DNA of 64,000 nucleotides from an uncultured Spirochaetota bacterium (GCA_963781885.1 CAWAHW010000002.1:1152001-1216000); one strand, 5' to 3'. Shown: positions 1 through 10,158, counted from the first letter of the stretch. Notes: generated from the letters alone by a model not told the origin. A program made the numbers and translations.

Positions 1-378
1 TCTCCCGCTGTCGTGCACTGTACCTACGAGGCACGGGAAGCGACCGTGGCGGTGCAGGATACGCTGCGGCGCGAGACGGACGTGACTGCGATCTTCGCGG
101 CGGCAGGCGACTTTGTCGCTCCCCTCTTTCGAGCCTGCGCAGGAATGGGGCGCAGCATTCCGCACGATCTCTCCCTGGTCGCTTTCGACGACCATCCCCT
201 TTTCGAGCTTCTGACGCCCGCCATCACGGCGGTCGCCCAACCCGTCGACGAGATCGTCATGGCTGCCGTCAAGATGCTGCTCGATCTGATTGCGGGTAAG
301 CAGCCCGAGCGAGAAGCAGTCGTCGTTACGCCGGGGCTTGTCCTTCGCGCGTCATGCGAGAGAGCACGAAGGCCCTGA
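1..378 (+). CDS. LacI-family transcriptional regulator, C-terminal part (5' end outside window)
   Basis: Motifs 'IPHDLSLVAFDD', 'PAITAVAQPVDEI' and 'LVLRASC'; lies upstream of a sugar ABC operon. Confidence 0.85.
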   Translation, partial: SPAVVHCTYEAREATVAVQDTLRRETDVTAIFAAAGDFVAPLFRACAGMGRSIPHDLSLVAFDDHPLFELLTPAITAVAQPVDEIVMAAVKMLLDLIAGKQPEREAVVVTPGLVLRASCERARRP

Positions 379-574
379 TGAAGGCAGTGATGATCGGACA
401 ACGCCAGTGAACAAGCACTCGATGAGGAACTCGGGAATCCATGCCGCCGCGCGGCGGTGCCGTCATCCCCCGTAGTCGGCGTCGAGACGAAAACCGCTGT
501 GAAAGCGGATACGCCTTTTGCAGATGTGGCCCGACGTATGCCGTGCCCCAGAACTAAAGAGGAGGATACAGATA

Positions 575-1858
575 ATGAATAGTACGCGAGTCTCAGTACT
601 GGTCTGCGCCATGGCCGCCGCGGCTTTGCTCGTTGGATGTAGCGCTCCCAAGCCGGCGACGAAGCTCACCTTCATGAACACCTTCACGAGCTCCGATTAT
701 GAAAAGACCTATTCCGACCTGATAGAGAAGTTCACAAGCGAGCGCAAGGACGTCGTTATCGACAACGAGCCCTATGACGCGACAACACTCGCCACAAAGA
801 TCAAGACGCTTGCCGCGGGGAACCAGCTGCCCGAGATGCTGGTTGTCAGTGGCGCTGATCTCGAGGCGTTCTACAAGGCCGGCCTGGTCATGCCGGTCAA
901 CGACATCATCAACGCCGACACGGCATGGTCAGGAGGATTCTACCAGGGTGCTTTCAACGATTTCACTATCGGCGACAAGATCCTGGGCTTTCCATTCCAG
1001 TTAACGGCGACCCATCTCGTCTTCTACAACACCAAAGTCTTCGCCGACGCCGGTATCTCGGAGTTCCCAAAGACATGGTCGGACTTCACAACCGCGATCA
1101 TCGCCTTGAAACAGAAGGGCTATACCCCAATCGCGTTGGGCAACAAGGACAAGTGGGTCGCCGAGTCGTGCATAGTGAGCACCCTTGGTGACCGCTACAC
1201 CGGATCCGGCTGGCTCGATCGGGTGAAGAACAAGCAGGCCAAGTTCACCGATCCCGAGTTCGTGAGCGCACTACGCGCATTTCAGCAGCTTGCCGCGATG
1301 GGCGCATTTAACAAGGACCTCAACAGCCTCGACAATAGCGGACAGGAGGCCCTCTATTATAAGGGCAAGACCGGTATGTTCATGGAGGGCGGCTGGGCCG
1401 TTGGATTGATGGATGCAAACGCGCCCGCGGACATAAAGCAAGCGACCGCCCTTGCGGTGCTGCCAGCCGTCGAGGGCGGCAAAGGCAAGCCGTTGTCGAC
1501 ATCGGGGGGAGCGGGCCTCGCGATTGCCCTGCGATCGAATCTGACGGCTGATCAGAAGGCTGCCGCGACGAGTCTCCTCAAATACCTGTTCACACCGATC
1601 AATGCCGAGACGGTCGTTGAAGCGAGCGGGAGCACGGCGTACAAGCCCGCGAAAATCGACAGCTCCAAGCTGGGGATCATGAATAGTAAGTTCTACGACT
1701 TTATAGGCAAGATATCCTATTCCCCTGTGTACGACATTCACCTCAATGCGTCGGTGATCGGCGTCTTGAACACCGGGTTGCAGAACCTCACGATTGGAAA
1801 GGGCACTCCGGAAGGTCTCGCGCGCGCCATTCAAGGGGAGATGGACAGAGTCGAGTAG
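575..1858 (+). CDS. Carbohydrate ABC transporter solute-binding lipoprotein
   Basis: GAGGAGG RBS before ATG 575; lipobox 'LLVGC'; family 1 SBP motifs 'GKTGMFMEGGW'. Confidence 0.9.
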   Translation: MNSTRVSVLVCAMAAAALLVGCSAPKPATKLTFMNTFTSSDYEKTYSDLIEKFTSERKDVVIDNEPYDATTLATKIKTLAAGNQLPEMLVVSGADLEAFYKAGLVMPVNDIINADTAWSGGFYQGAFNDFTIGDKILGFPFQLTATHLVFYNTKVFADAGISEFPKTWSDFTTAIIALKQKGYTPIALGNKDKWVAESCIVSTLGDRYTGSGWLDRVKNKQAKFTDPEFVSALRAFQQLAAMGAFNKDLNSLDNSGQEALYYKGKTGMFMEGGWAVGLMDANAPADIKQATALAVLPAVEGGKGKPLSTSGGAGLAIALRSNLTADQKAAATSLLKYLFTPINAETVVEASGSTAYKPAKIDSSKLGIMNSKFYDFIGKISYSPVYDIHLNASVIGVLNTGLQNLTIGKGTPEGLARAIQGEMDRVE

Positions 1859-1875
1859 CTCTCCCAGTGTCACGC

Positions 1876-1917
1876 GGCGGCTCGACAAGGCCTTGATTCT
1901 GACCCGGTCGAGCCGTC
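1876..1917 (+). promoter_or_regulatory. Intercistronic stem-loop after the SBP gene
   Basis: GGCGGCTCGAC (1876-1886) pairs with GTCGAGCCGTC (1907-1917) with one G-U pair; no U-tract. Confidence 0.5.
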
Positions 1918-1989
1918 TCTCAATTATGGGTCGCGCCGTCAGGCGCGTCGGGTTTCCGCGGCAAGGCGCCGCAAGGGGAACATGATCCG

Positions 1990-2895
1990 ATGAGTCGATT
2001 TGTCAATCCCATTGCACGACCAAGCGCTGCCGCGAGGATGACACTTCTCCTGCCCGGTACGGTGTTATATCTTTTCCTCGTCATCGTGCCCCTGCTGCTC
2101 GCGTTGCGATTCAGCTTCTTTCAGTGGAGCGGGGTCGGGCCCCGCATTTTTGTCGGGCTGCGCAATTTCAACGAGCTCCTCTACGACACGACGTTCTGGC
2201 TGGCGTTTCGGAACAATCTCCTGATCATTGCCTTCTGCGTGATCGGACAGCTTGGAATCCCGCTTGCTCTCAGCTCCATCTTTGCGAGTCGGCTGCTCGT
2301 CTTCCGGCAGTTCCACCGCGCCACGATCTTCATTCCCGTGGTCATGTCGTCGATCGTGGTGGGATTTCTTTGGCGCATTATGTATGGCGGCGATTCGGGG
2401 ATCATCGACCTTGTTCTCCGTGCCGTTGGCCTCGGCAATATCGTGCCACTCTGGCTGGATGACCCCCGAATAGTGGTTCTGTCGGTGTCTCTCCCCCTCG
2501 TTTGGCAGAGCATCGGCTTCTACACTGTGATTTTCATGTCCGCGATCGCTTCGATCCCTCGGGAGATCATCGAGGTAGCCGAGCTCGACGGCGCAACCGG
2601 AGTAAGGAAGGCGGTCCGAATAACGATCCCTCTCATCGCCGACACTCTACGGGTCGCCGCAATGCTCTGCGTCGCGGGAAACATGAAGGTCTTTGACAAT
2701 ATATTTGTCATGACTGGTGGTGGACCGGGCAACAGCTCGCTTGTCCTTGCCCAATACGCCTACTACCACGCCTTCGTGACCTTTCGACTCGGCTATGCGA
2801 GCTCAGTCGCATTGGGAATGGTGATTCTGAGCCTCGCCATGGTTCTGGTCATCTCCGCGGTTCGCCGGCGCGATGCCACAGGAAAGGCATCCTGA
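1990..2895 (+). CDS. Carbohydrate ABC transporter permease
   Basis: Hydrophobic helices; EAA loop 'EIIEVAELDGA'; 'MTGGGPG'. Confidence 0.92.
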   Translation: MSRFVNPIARPSAAARMTLLLPGTVLYLFLVIVPLLLALRFSFFQWSGVGPRIFVGLRNFNELLYDTTFWLAFRNNLLIIAFCVIGQLGIPLALSSIFASRLLVFRQFHRATIFIPVVMSSIVVGFLWRIMYGGDSGIIDLVLRAVGLGNIVPLWLDDPRIVVLSVSLPLVWQSIGFYTVIFMSAIASIPREIIEVAELDGATGVRKAVRITIPLIADTLRVAAMLCVAGNMKVFDNIFVMTGGGPGNSSLVLAQYAYYHAFVTFRLGYASSVALGMVILSLAMVLVISAVRRRDATGKAS

Positions 2896-2897
2896 CC

Positions 2898-3722
2898 ATG
2901 AAGAACAGAATACTCAAGGTGGTCGTCAATTGCATCGTCATGGTTATCACCCTTTCAAGCGTGTTTCCGATCGTCTGGATGCTCATGGCGTCCATGAAGA
3001 CGAGCACGGAGTTCACGCAGAGCATCATTGCACTCCCTTCTGCGCCTCGGGTGGACAACTACGTCGTAGCGGTCAGGCAGGCAAAGATGATCCCGGCATT
3101 TTTCAGCAGCGCGTTCCTCTGTGCGGTGTCAATCCCGGCCATCATCGGGTTGTCATTCTGTATCGGCTACGCCTTATCCCGATTCCGATTCCGCGGGCGC
3201 AACGCCTTGACCTTGCTCTTCACGGCTGGGCTCCTTATTCCCATCCACAGCCTCATGGTCCCCGTGTTCACCGAGTTCAAGGTGATCGGGCTTCTGGACA
3301 CTCGTATGACGCTGTTCTTCCCGTACGTCGCATACGGATTACCGATAGGCGTCCTGCTCGTGCAGAGCTTTGTCGGCACTATCCCGATCGAGCTCGAGGA
3401 GGCTGCCTTCATGGACGGCAGCAGCCTTGGCAATACTCTCACGCGAATCATTTTTCCCGTGAGCCGTCCCGTGATCGCGACGGTTCTTATCCTCAGTTTT
3501 CTGGCGGCATGGAACGAGTTCCCCTTCGCGCTCATCCTGGTTTCTCGTCCCCGACTCTTGACGCTTCCGCTTGCCCTGCGGAGCTTCTTTGGACAGTACT
3601 CGGTTGACTACGTACGCCTCATTGCGGCGCTCGTCGTTGTTACCATTCCCGTAATCCTTGTCTATCTGCTGTCCTTTCGCCAGGTCATCGAGGGGATGAC
3701 CGCGGGCGCGGTCAAGGGGTAG
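2898..3722 (+). CDS. Carbohydrate ABC transporter permease
   Basis: EAA loop 'ELEEAAFMDG'; 'WNEFPFAL'; C-terminal 'GMTAGAVKG'. Confidence 0.92.
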   Translation: MKNRILKVVVNCIVMVITLSSVFPIVWMLMASMKTSTEFTQSIIALPSAPRVDNYVVAVRQAKMIPAFFSSAFLCAVSIPAIIGLSFCIGYALSRFRFRGRNALTLLFTAGLLIPIHSLMVPVFTEFKVIGLLDTRMTLFFPYVAYGLPIGVLLVQSFVGTIPIELEEAAFMDGSSLGNTLTRIIFPVSRPVIATVLILSFLAAWNEFPFALILVSRPRLLTLPLALRSFFGQYSVDYVRLIAALVVVTIPVILVYLLSFRQVIEGMTAGAVKG

Positions 3723-3810
3723 AGCGGCGAAGCCGCTGCGTGAAATGCCCTCCGGCCTTCGCACACTGTATGGCGCCCGGAGGACAGAATCGAGAGAAAG
3801 GGGAATAGAC

Positions 3811-5034
3811 GTGCGAGATTCATTTACCCAACGTCGGGCCGCACTCGATCGCAGCTATCGGAAGCTCGTCGGGCGACGCAATGCGTCCGTACCGTTGGGA
3901 AACGGCGTGTACAGAAGGTACCGCCACCCCGTGCTCACACCGGATCATGTCCCCCTGACGTGGCGATACGATTTCAGCCGGACAACCAATCCATTCTTCA
4001 TGGAGAGGCTCGGCGTGAACGCGACATTCAACGCCGGAGCCATTCGACACAACGACGCGTATTGCCTGATCTGCCGAGTCGAGGGGTACGATCGAAAGAG
4101 CTTCTTCGCCGTCGCACGCAGCAAGACCGGCACTGACCACTTTGTCTTCGACAATACCCCCATTGCACTGGACGAGTACGCGGAACGCGCCACCAATGTC
4201 TATGACATGCGCCTCACGCGACACGAGGACGGATGGATCTACGGGCTGTTCTGTGTCGAGCGGCCCGACCCGCGGGCGGCACGCGGCGACACGTCCAGTG
4301 CCGTTGCCACCGCCGGCATTGTCCGCAGCCGCGATCTGGTGGGTTGGGAGCGGCTGCCTGACCTCGCGACGACGGCGGCGCAGCAGCGAAACGTGGTTCT
4401 CCATCCTGAATTCGTCGACGGCCGCTATCTCCTCTACACGCGGCCCCAGGACGACTTCATCTTCGCGGGAACCCAGTCGGGGATCTGCTGGGCATTCGTT
4501 GAAGATATGGCACATGCGCGAGTGACCGAGGAGTCTCTGCTTGATCCGAGGATCTACCACACCGTGAAGGAGGTGAAAAACGGTGCTGGCGCGCCGCCGC
4601 TTAAGACACCCAAGGGATGGATCCAAATCGCACACGGCGTTCGTAACACAGCTGCAGGTCTTCGCTACGTCCTGTATGCTTTTTTGACCGACCTCGGAGA
4701 CCCGCGTCGCATCATCGCTGCGCCCGGAGGGCTTCTCATGGCGCCGCAGGACGAGGAGAGGATCGGCGACGTGCCGAACGTCTGCTTCAGCAATGGCGCC
4801 GTTGCCGATCCGAGTGGTCGCGTCCTCCTCTACTATGCCAGCGCCGACACGCGGCTGCACGTAGCCGAATCAACGGTGGATCGGCTTCTGGACTACTGTC
4901 TCCATACCCCTCCTGATCGGGGCTTCAGTCACGCAAGTGTCGAGGACCGTCTCGCCCTCATTCGGCATAATCACGAATCCTGGAGGAGCGGTAAGGGCGC
5001 CAGCCGCGCGTCAAGCGATTGCACGCTTCTTTAG
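3811..5034 (+). CDS. GH130 phosphorylase, 4-O-beta-D-mannosyl-D-glucose phosphorylase-like
   Basis: Motifs 'NPFFMERLGVNATFNAGAI', 'TNVYDMRLT', 'QQRNVVLHPEFVDG', 'HGVRNTAAGLRY'; GTG start 3811 inferred. Confidence 0.88.
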   Translation: MRDSFTQRRAALDRSYRKLVGRRNASVPLGNGVYRRYRHPVLTPDHVPLTWRYDFSRTTNPFFMERLGVNATFNAGAIRHNDAYCLICRVEGYDRKSFFAVARSKTGTDHFVFDNTPIALDEYAERATNVYDMRLTRHEDGWIYGLFCVERPDPRAARGDTSSAVATAGIVRSRDLVGWERLPDLATTAAQQRNVVLHPEFVDGRYLLYTRPQDDFIFAGTQSGICWAFVEDMAHARVTEESLLDPRIYHTVKEVKNGAGAPPLKTPKGWIQIAHGVRNTAAGLRYVLYAFLTDLGDPRRIIAAPGGLLMAPQDEERIGDVPNVCFSNGAVADPSGRVLLYYASADTRLHVAESTVDRLLDYCLHTPPDRGFSHASVEDRLALIRHNHESWRSGKGASRASSDCTLL

Positions 5035-5185
5035 CGCCTGCGCTCGGCATGCGCGGAGAGCAGACGGTTGAACATGCGCACAAGGATCGATGCCACCGAG
5101 CGCGGCGATAAGCACGCACGGGAGCGTAGGGGGGCCACCGTACTCTGCGTCGGCCTCCGCTCACCGCCCTGTAGTCGGGGTGAGC

Positions 5186-5293
5186 CACTTTCTGGCCGTC
5201 TGGCTGGGTGACGGGATCGGGATGGGCATCGTTGCCAGTGGCGACCTGTGCGCTGGCGGGCCGCGCCGCTCGCGCAGCTTGTGGCGAGCATGA
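5186..5293 (+). pseudogene. ROK-family (sugar kinase/repressor) remnant
   Basis: 'HFLAVWLGDGIGMGIVASGDL' resembles the ROK 'GxGIGxGIV' motif; no intact ORF around it. Confidence 0.4.
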
Positions 5294-5669
5294 CCTTCCT
5301 CTTCTCTATTCGGCCTGCCATATTGGCGGCGTAGAAGTGGCGCCACAAGCAAAAGATGATGTGGCGGCCCCGCCAATACACTCGCGCTTCATTGACGCGC
5401 GCCGGTATTGCCATCTCCTCATCGCCGAGGACAAGGTGGAGAAGCGCCTCGTAGAGTCCTCTCACGAGCCTGTCGGAGGACATCGGGCGTGCGAGTGAGT
5501 CAGTAGTCCAGAACGCGAATGATGTTGGTCCAATGCCATGGGGGTTCTGCCGCGCCAATTCGAGCGGCGCTGCTTTCATGAATGTGAGGATTGGCGCCTT
5601 TCTCTCTCTGAGTCTTCGTTGACTTGAGACCTTCCCATCTGTTCCATAGTGGCAAGGATTTTGAAAGGT

Positions 5670-6131
5670 CTACCGCTTGGCGATACACGACGTTAGCGTA
5701 TGAAGAAGCTCGCAAAGTGGGCGGGAATGAAATGTCCCGTCGATGTCGTCGAAGAAACTCGGCTCTTTCAAATTCGTGGGTGGATTCTCACCCCACCAGA
5801 TCCAGATGAAACCGTGGCTCTCATGGATGGGGTACGAGCAGACATGAAAGCGGTCAGGGACCGGGGCGTCTCTGCCGTTGGCAGGGATCCGAGCACCCCG
5901 GCCACGCGCGTCATATTCGAACCCATGGAAAGGGCACTGGATGCGATCTTCGAGAAGCTTCCCTGCGCTCAGGGCCGCCCCACGGTGCGCGCATCGATCC
6001 CGCAGGCAGAACGCCTTCCCCTCCTGGTCCCGGGCGAACACCAACCGCTCTCCCAGGCGGGTGACGCCCAGCATTTTTCCTCGCTTCACATCCTGCGATC
6101 CGAGGACCACATACCATTGGTTTGGTATCAT
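5670..6131 (-). pseudogene. Truncated Rieske non-heme iron oxygenase alpha subunit (Rieske domain only)
   Basis: 'CAHRGAALS...CPFHG' 2Fe-2S motif; ORF ends about 20 aa after 'FFDDIDG', with no catalytic DxxHxxxxH domain recognised downstream. Confidence 0.75.
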
Positions 6132-6641
6132 TTCGACACTCCCATCGCCTCCGCTCCTGGGGGCGCTTGTCGCGCACGGTATCCAGGAAATCCGGCGTAA
6201 TCGTCTTAACTCCTGCCCCGAGGATCTTCCATTGCGTTTTCTCGATACCATTTCCATCATAGCACACGACCCACGGAGCCGATTCTCCAAGTACCGGCCG
6301 ATGTTTTCCCTCCAGACCCTGTTCGCAAATCTTTGAGAACCGATCGCAGGAACCTTGTCCCACAGCGCAGACGCGGCGGCGGGTTACTTGCGACAACGGC
6401 GATTCATTCGGGCGGTTCGGTGGCGGTGGGGGCCGAATGGGCCGGCAAGCCCACTCTCACGTGTGAAGCATGTCCACCGCTTGCGACGTGCCCGCCAGTA
6501 GCGTACGATCTCCCTCTGAACGTTTGCCGGGCATCGGGGTGCAAACGCGGGGCTCCGAGCAGTAAAACTGTTGCCAAAATGTGCATGAATGGGAGGATCT
6601 TGAAGTTGAGGGCAAAAGATGCGTGCCTATATCACTTCTGT

Positions 6642-7301
6642 GTGGGGCGCAGTTGGCTCCGAAAGCCGCTGTTCTCTCTTCTCCTTTTCACCGCGGCTAT
6701 TTCGCAACTGGCCGCAGAGCAGGGCACATGGCGCTATACGGAATCCTTTGGGCCGAACACCGCATGGATCGAATATTCAGTCGTGCGAGAGCGGCAGGAA
6801 GTTGTTGTGCGTTCCGCGGCGGATCGCGTCAAGGAGGAACTGTATTTTGTCCCCGGAAAAGGGACCCTGCTGTGGCGCAAGATCGGTTCCCACCCGGGCA
6901 CCAATCTGCGCGCCCAGCGAACGGGGGACACGATACGGATCACCGGCACGCTGAAGGGCGTAAGAGTCGACAAACAGCTGCAGATTGACTCCAGTCCGTG
7001 GTATCAGATCCTGGGGCCGTGCATCAGCGACCTTCTTCCACCAACCATGGAATCCGTGGAGTTCTGGGCATTGGACCCTGACGAGCTTGCCGTCCACAAG
7101 ATGCTCGCGCTGCGTCTCGGCACGGAGCGCAGGGAGATCCATCATGTTCTGATCGATACATTCAAGGTCCACTTCGCGCCCATGGGGCTGGCCGGCGCTT
7201 TCTGGGGCGCCGATTTCTGGTTTCGCATCTCCGATTCTGCCTATGTCCTTTCGAAAATGCCGGACAACGGCGGTTTGACGGAGACAGCGATCATCTGGTA
7301 A
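6642..7301 (+). CDS. Hypothetical exported protein
   Basis: Signal-peptide-like 'PLFSLLLFTAAISQLAA'; beta-rich mature part; start codon uncertain. Confidence 0.6.
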   Translation: MGRSWLRKPLFSLLLFTAAISQLAAEQGTWRYTESFGPNTAWIEYSVVRERQEVVVRSAADRVKEELYFVPGKGTLLWRKIGSHPGTNLRAQRTGDTIRITGTLKGVRVDKQLQIDSSPWYQILGPCISDLLPPTMESVEFWALDPDELAVHKMLALRLGTERREIHHVLIDTFKVHFAPMGLAGAFWGADFWFRISDSAYVLSKMPDNGGLTETAIIW

Positions 7302-7340
7302 CATATGGACCTCACGTCAAGCAAAAGGAGAATCGAAAAC

Positions 7341-7775
7341 ATGAGCTTCAAACGTGGTGTCTTCATGCTTTTCGCGGCCGCTGTAGCCTTGCTTCTCGCT
7401 GGATGCGCAACTGATGACTACAGCGTGCTGACCGGCGCGTGGATGGGCGCGGTTGACCAGGGGACATTCCTCACGGGCAACAACGGGAACTTTGTCGATG
7501 TCACAATCACCATCAAGTCGGACAAGACCTGGAGCTGGTCGACAAACAACGCATCCGACACGAGTCTCGACTCAACGGGTAGCGGAACTTATACACTCGA
7601 TAGCTCCGCGAAGACCGCGCAGTTCACGATTGCGACATGTTCTTCATCAGAAGTCGTCCTAGGGACGGTCGTCCTCGCGAACTACGAAGTAGCCTCGTCG
7701 GGGAATACGGTAACCTTCGATTTCCAAGGAACAACCGGCGCGACTGGCGGGTCAATAGCACTGGCCAAACAGTAG
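7341..7775 (+). CDS. Hypothetical lipoprotein
   Basis: AGGAG RBS; lipobox 'LLAGC'; Ser/Thr-rich, lipocalin-like pattern ('LTGAW', 'GSGTYTL'). Confidence 0.75.
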   Translation: MSFKRGVFMLFAAAVALLLAGCATDDYSVLTGAWMGAVDQGTFLTGNNGNFVDVTITIKSDKTWSWSTNNASDTSLDSTGSGTYTLDSSAKTAQFTIATCSSSEVVLGTVVLANYEVASSGNTVTFDFQGTTGATGGSIALAKQ

Positions 7776-7985
7776 CAGAACGCGCTTCCTTTGCCCCCGG
7801 CCCCGCTCGCCGGCCCCCCGTGTCGGGACGCTTTATGCATCCGGGCGATCCTCAATTGCCGAGGTTTGCGCGATTGCCCGGCGAGCGGCCCACTTCCGAT
7901 CCGGTCCTTGCGTCAGCGCGTCCCCGCGTATCGCTTTTTCATCTCCACGTGAACGGTTTCCCAACATCCGCGGACGGCAATCGTG

Positions 7986-8013
7986 TTGACAATCCGCCCG
8001 GGTCTGCTATACT
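7986..8013 (+). promoter_or_regulatory. Sigma70-type promoter of panB
   Basis: TTGACA-N16-TATACT with TG extended -10. Confidence 0.7.
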
Positions 8014-8080
8014 GCTTTCTGCATAAAGGAATTGATTTCCGCATAGTCGAAAAGATGCCGCGCGGCAGGGAGGAGCAGCC

Positions 8081-8935
8081 ATGACAAAGAAGAAGACACT
8101 CCACGACTTCCAGCAGATGAAAAGGGACGGGAAGAAGATCGTCTTTCTCACCTCCTACGATTTCCCCACCGCGCAGTTTGCCGAAGCGGCCGGCCTGGAC
8201 ATGCTCCTTGTCGGTGACTCGCTGGGAATGTGCGTGTACGGTTATGAGGGCACCGTGCCGGTGGTCATGGACCAGATGATCTACCACGCGCAGGCCGTGC
8301 GCCGGGGCGCTCCGGGCACCTTCGTCATCGGCGACATGCCCTTCATGAGCTATCAGAGCAGCATTGAAAAGGCCGTGGAGAATGCGGGCCGCTTCCTGAA
8401 GGAGGCTGGCTGCGACGCGATCAAGCTGGAGGGGGGTGTACGGGTGACAAAGGTCATCCGCGCAATCGTCGACGCGGGCATCGTTGTCATGGGCCACGTG
8501 GGGCTCACCCCCCAGAGCTCGGGCCAGCTCGGCGGGCACAAGGCGCAGGGCCGCACCGCGGAGCTCGCGAAGCTCGTCGTGGAGGACGCCCTGGCCGTGC
8601 AGGAGGCCGGCGCGCACATGATCCTGCTCGAGGCCATTCCCCCCGAGGTTGGCGCGTACATCGCGAAGACCCTCCGCATCCCCACGCTTTCAATCGGTGC
8701 CGGCCCGGGCTGCGACGGCCAGCTCCTGATCGTCTCCGACCTCATCGGCCAGTTCCAGGCGTTCACGCCAAAGTTCGTGAAGAAGTACTGCAATGTCGCC
8801 GAGACCGTCACCGGCGCGATGAAAGCGTATTGCGACGAGGTGCGCAGCGTCGTCTTTCCCGCCGAAGACAACTGTTACCGTATGCTCGAGGGGGAGGAAG
8901 AAAAGTTCATCGCCCTCATGAAGCCAGCTCGCTGA
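8081..8935 (+). CDS. panB: 3-methyl-2-oxobutanoate hydroxymethyltransferase
   Basis: 'LLVGDSLGM', 'GDMPFMSY', 'AIKLEGG', 'GHVGLTPQ', 'IGAGPGCDGQ'. Confidence 0.95.
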   Translation: MTKKKTLHDFQQMKRDGKKIVFLTSYDFPTAQFAEAAGLDMLLVGDSLGMCVYGYEGTVPVVMDQMIYHAQAVRRGAPGTFVIGDMPFMSYQSSIEKAVENAGRFLKEAGCDAIKLEGGVRVTKVIRAIVDAGIVVMGHVGLTPQSSGQLGGHKAQGRTAELAKLVVEDALAVQEAGAHMILLEAIPPEVGAYIAKTLRIPTLSIGAGPGCDGQLLIVSDLIGQFQAFTPKFVKKYCNVAETVTGAMKAYCDEVRSVVFPAEDNCYRMLEGEEEKFIALMKPAR

Positions 8936-8955
8936 GAAATACGGAGGCGGCAGCC

Positions 8956-10134
8956 ATGTTCGAGCACCTTCTGGCGCAGCGAATGAGCTCCCTGGCGGGA
9001 GAATCGGCGTTTCAGGTCCTGGCGGCCGCCAACAAGCTGGAGGCCAGGGGAAAGAAGGTCATCCACTTCGAGATCGGCGAACCGGATTTCCCAACGGCGC
9101 CGCACATCAAAGAGGCGGCGAAGGCGGCGCTGGACGCCGGACACACGACGTACGTCAATTCGCAAGGTCTCCCGTCTCTCCGCGCGGCCATCGCCGAGCA
9201 CGCGGGGGCGTTCCGTTCCATCCCCATGCGGCCGGAGCAGGTCGTCGTCGCCCCCGGGGGAAAGCCCATCATCTTCTATACGATCAGCGTCCTCGTGAAC
9301 CCTGGTGACGAGGTGATCTATCCCAATCCTGGCTTTCCCACCTACGATTCGGTCATCCGCTACGTCGGGGGCGTCCCCGTGCCTATTGCCCTGGAGGAGA
9401 AAAGCGGGTTTCGGTTCAGCACCACCGCACTCAGAGAGCGCATCACCGCCCGGACGAAGCTTATCATCCTGAACTCCCCCTCCAACCCCACGGGCGGGAT
9501 ACTCTCCTCAGCCGATCTCGAGGAAATCGCCGCGGCTGTTGCGGGGAGGGACATCTTCATCCTCTCCGACGAAATCTACAGCAGGATCTGCTATGGGACG
9601 CCGGCTCCGTCCATCGCGGCGGTTCCCGGCATGCAGGAGAAGACCATCATCCTGGACGGGTTCTCCAAGACATACTGCATGACCGGCTGGCGCCTGGGAT
9701 ACGGCATCATGCACGAGGAGCTGGCCGAAAAGGTCACGCGTCTCCTCATCAACTCCAACTCGTGTACGTCGTACTTCGTCCAGGATGCTGGCATTGCCGC
9801 ACTGAACGGCCCCCAGGACTCGGTGGACGCCATGGTGGCGGAGTTCGCGCGTCGTCGCGACTGCATCGCCGAAGGGCTGGACTCCATTCCCGGCATCGTC
9901 TGCCACAAGCCAGAGGGCGCGTTCTACGCCTTCGCCAATGTCACGGGCACGGGGCTCTCGAGCGGCGAGCTTGCCTGCGTCTTGCTCGAAGAGGCGGGGG
10001 TCGCGGTGCTCGATGGCGCCGCATTCGGCGTGTTCGGCAGCGGCTACCTCAGGCTGTCCTACGCGACGTCGATGGAGCTGATCCGGCAGGGTCTGGAGAG
10101 GATCGACGCAACCGTGCGGCGGCTCGGCCGATAG
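8956..10134 (+). CDS. Class I/II PLP-dependent aminotransferase (aspartate aminotransferase-like)
   Basis: 'GEPDF', 'NSPSNPTG', 'SDEIY', 'FSKTYCMTGWRLG'; GGAGG RBS. Confidence 0.92.
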   Translation: MFEHLLAQRMSSLAGESAFQVLAAANKLEARGKKVIHFEIGEPDFPTAPHIKEAAKAALDAGHTTYVNSQGLPSLRAAIAEHAGAFRSIPMRPEQVVVAPGGKPIIFYTISVLVNPGDEVIYPNPGFPTYDSVIRYVGGVPVPIALEEKSGFRFSTTALRERITARTKLIILNSPSNPTGGILSSADLEEIAAAVAGRDIFILSDEIYSRICYGTPAPSIAAVPGMQEKTIILDGFSKTYCMTGWRLGYGIMHEELAEKVTRLLINSNSCTSYFVQDAGIAALNGPQDSVDAMVAEFARRRDCIAEGLDSIPGIVCHKPEGAFYAFANVTGTGLSSGELACVLLEEAGVAVLDGAAFGVFGSGYLRLSYATSMELIRQGLERIDATVRRLGR

Positions 10135-10158
10135 ATCGGCATCGCCAAACGCCGGCGA

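Noticed and set aside
375-495. CTGATGA...GAAA resembling a hammerhead ribozyme core
   Set aside because: The elements are about 110 nt apart, no flanking stems were found, and CTGATGA is just the LacI stop region
5031-5579. 182-aa minus-strand ORF
   Set aside because: No recognisable family, overlaps the ROK remnant, and has a low-complexity C-terminus; at best a decayed fragment
5670-6131. Truncated Rieske protein as the missing partner of the cytochrome b module
   Set aside because: It is an oxygenase-type cytoplasmic domain with no TM or Tat anchor, and lies 53 kb away
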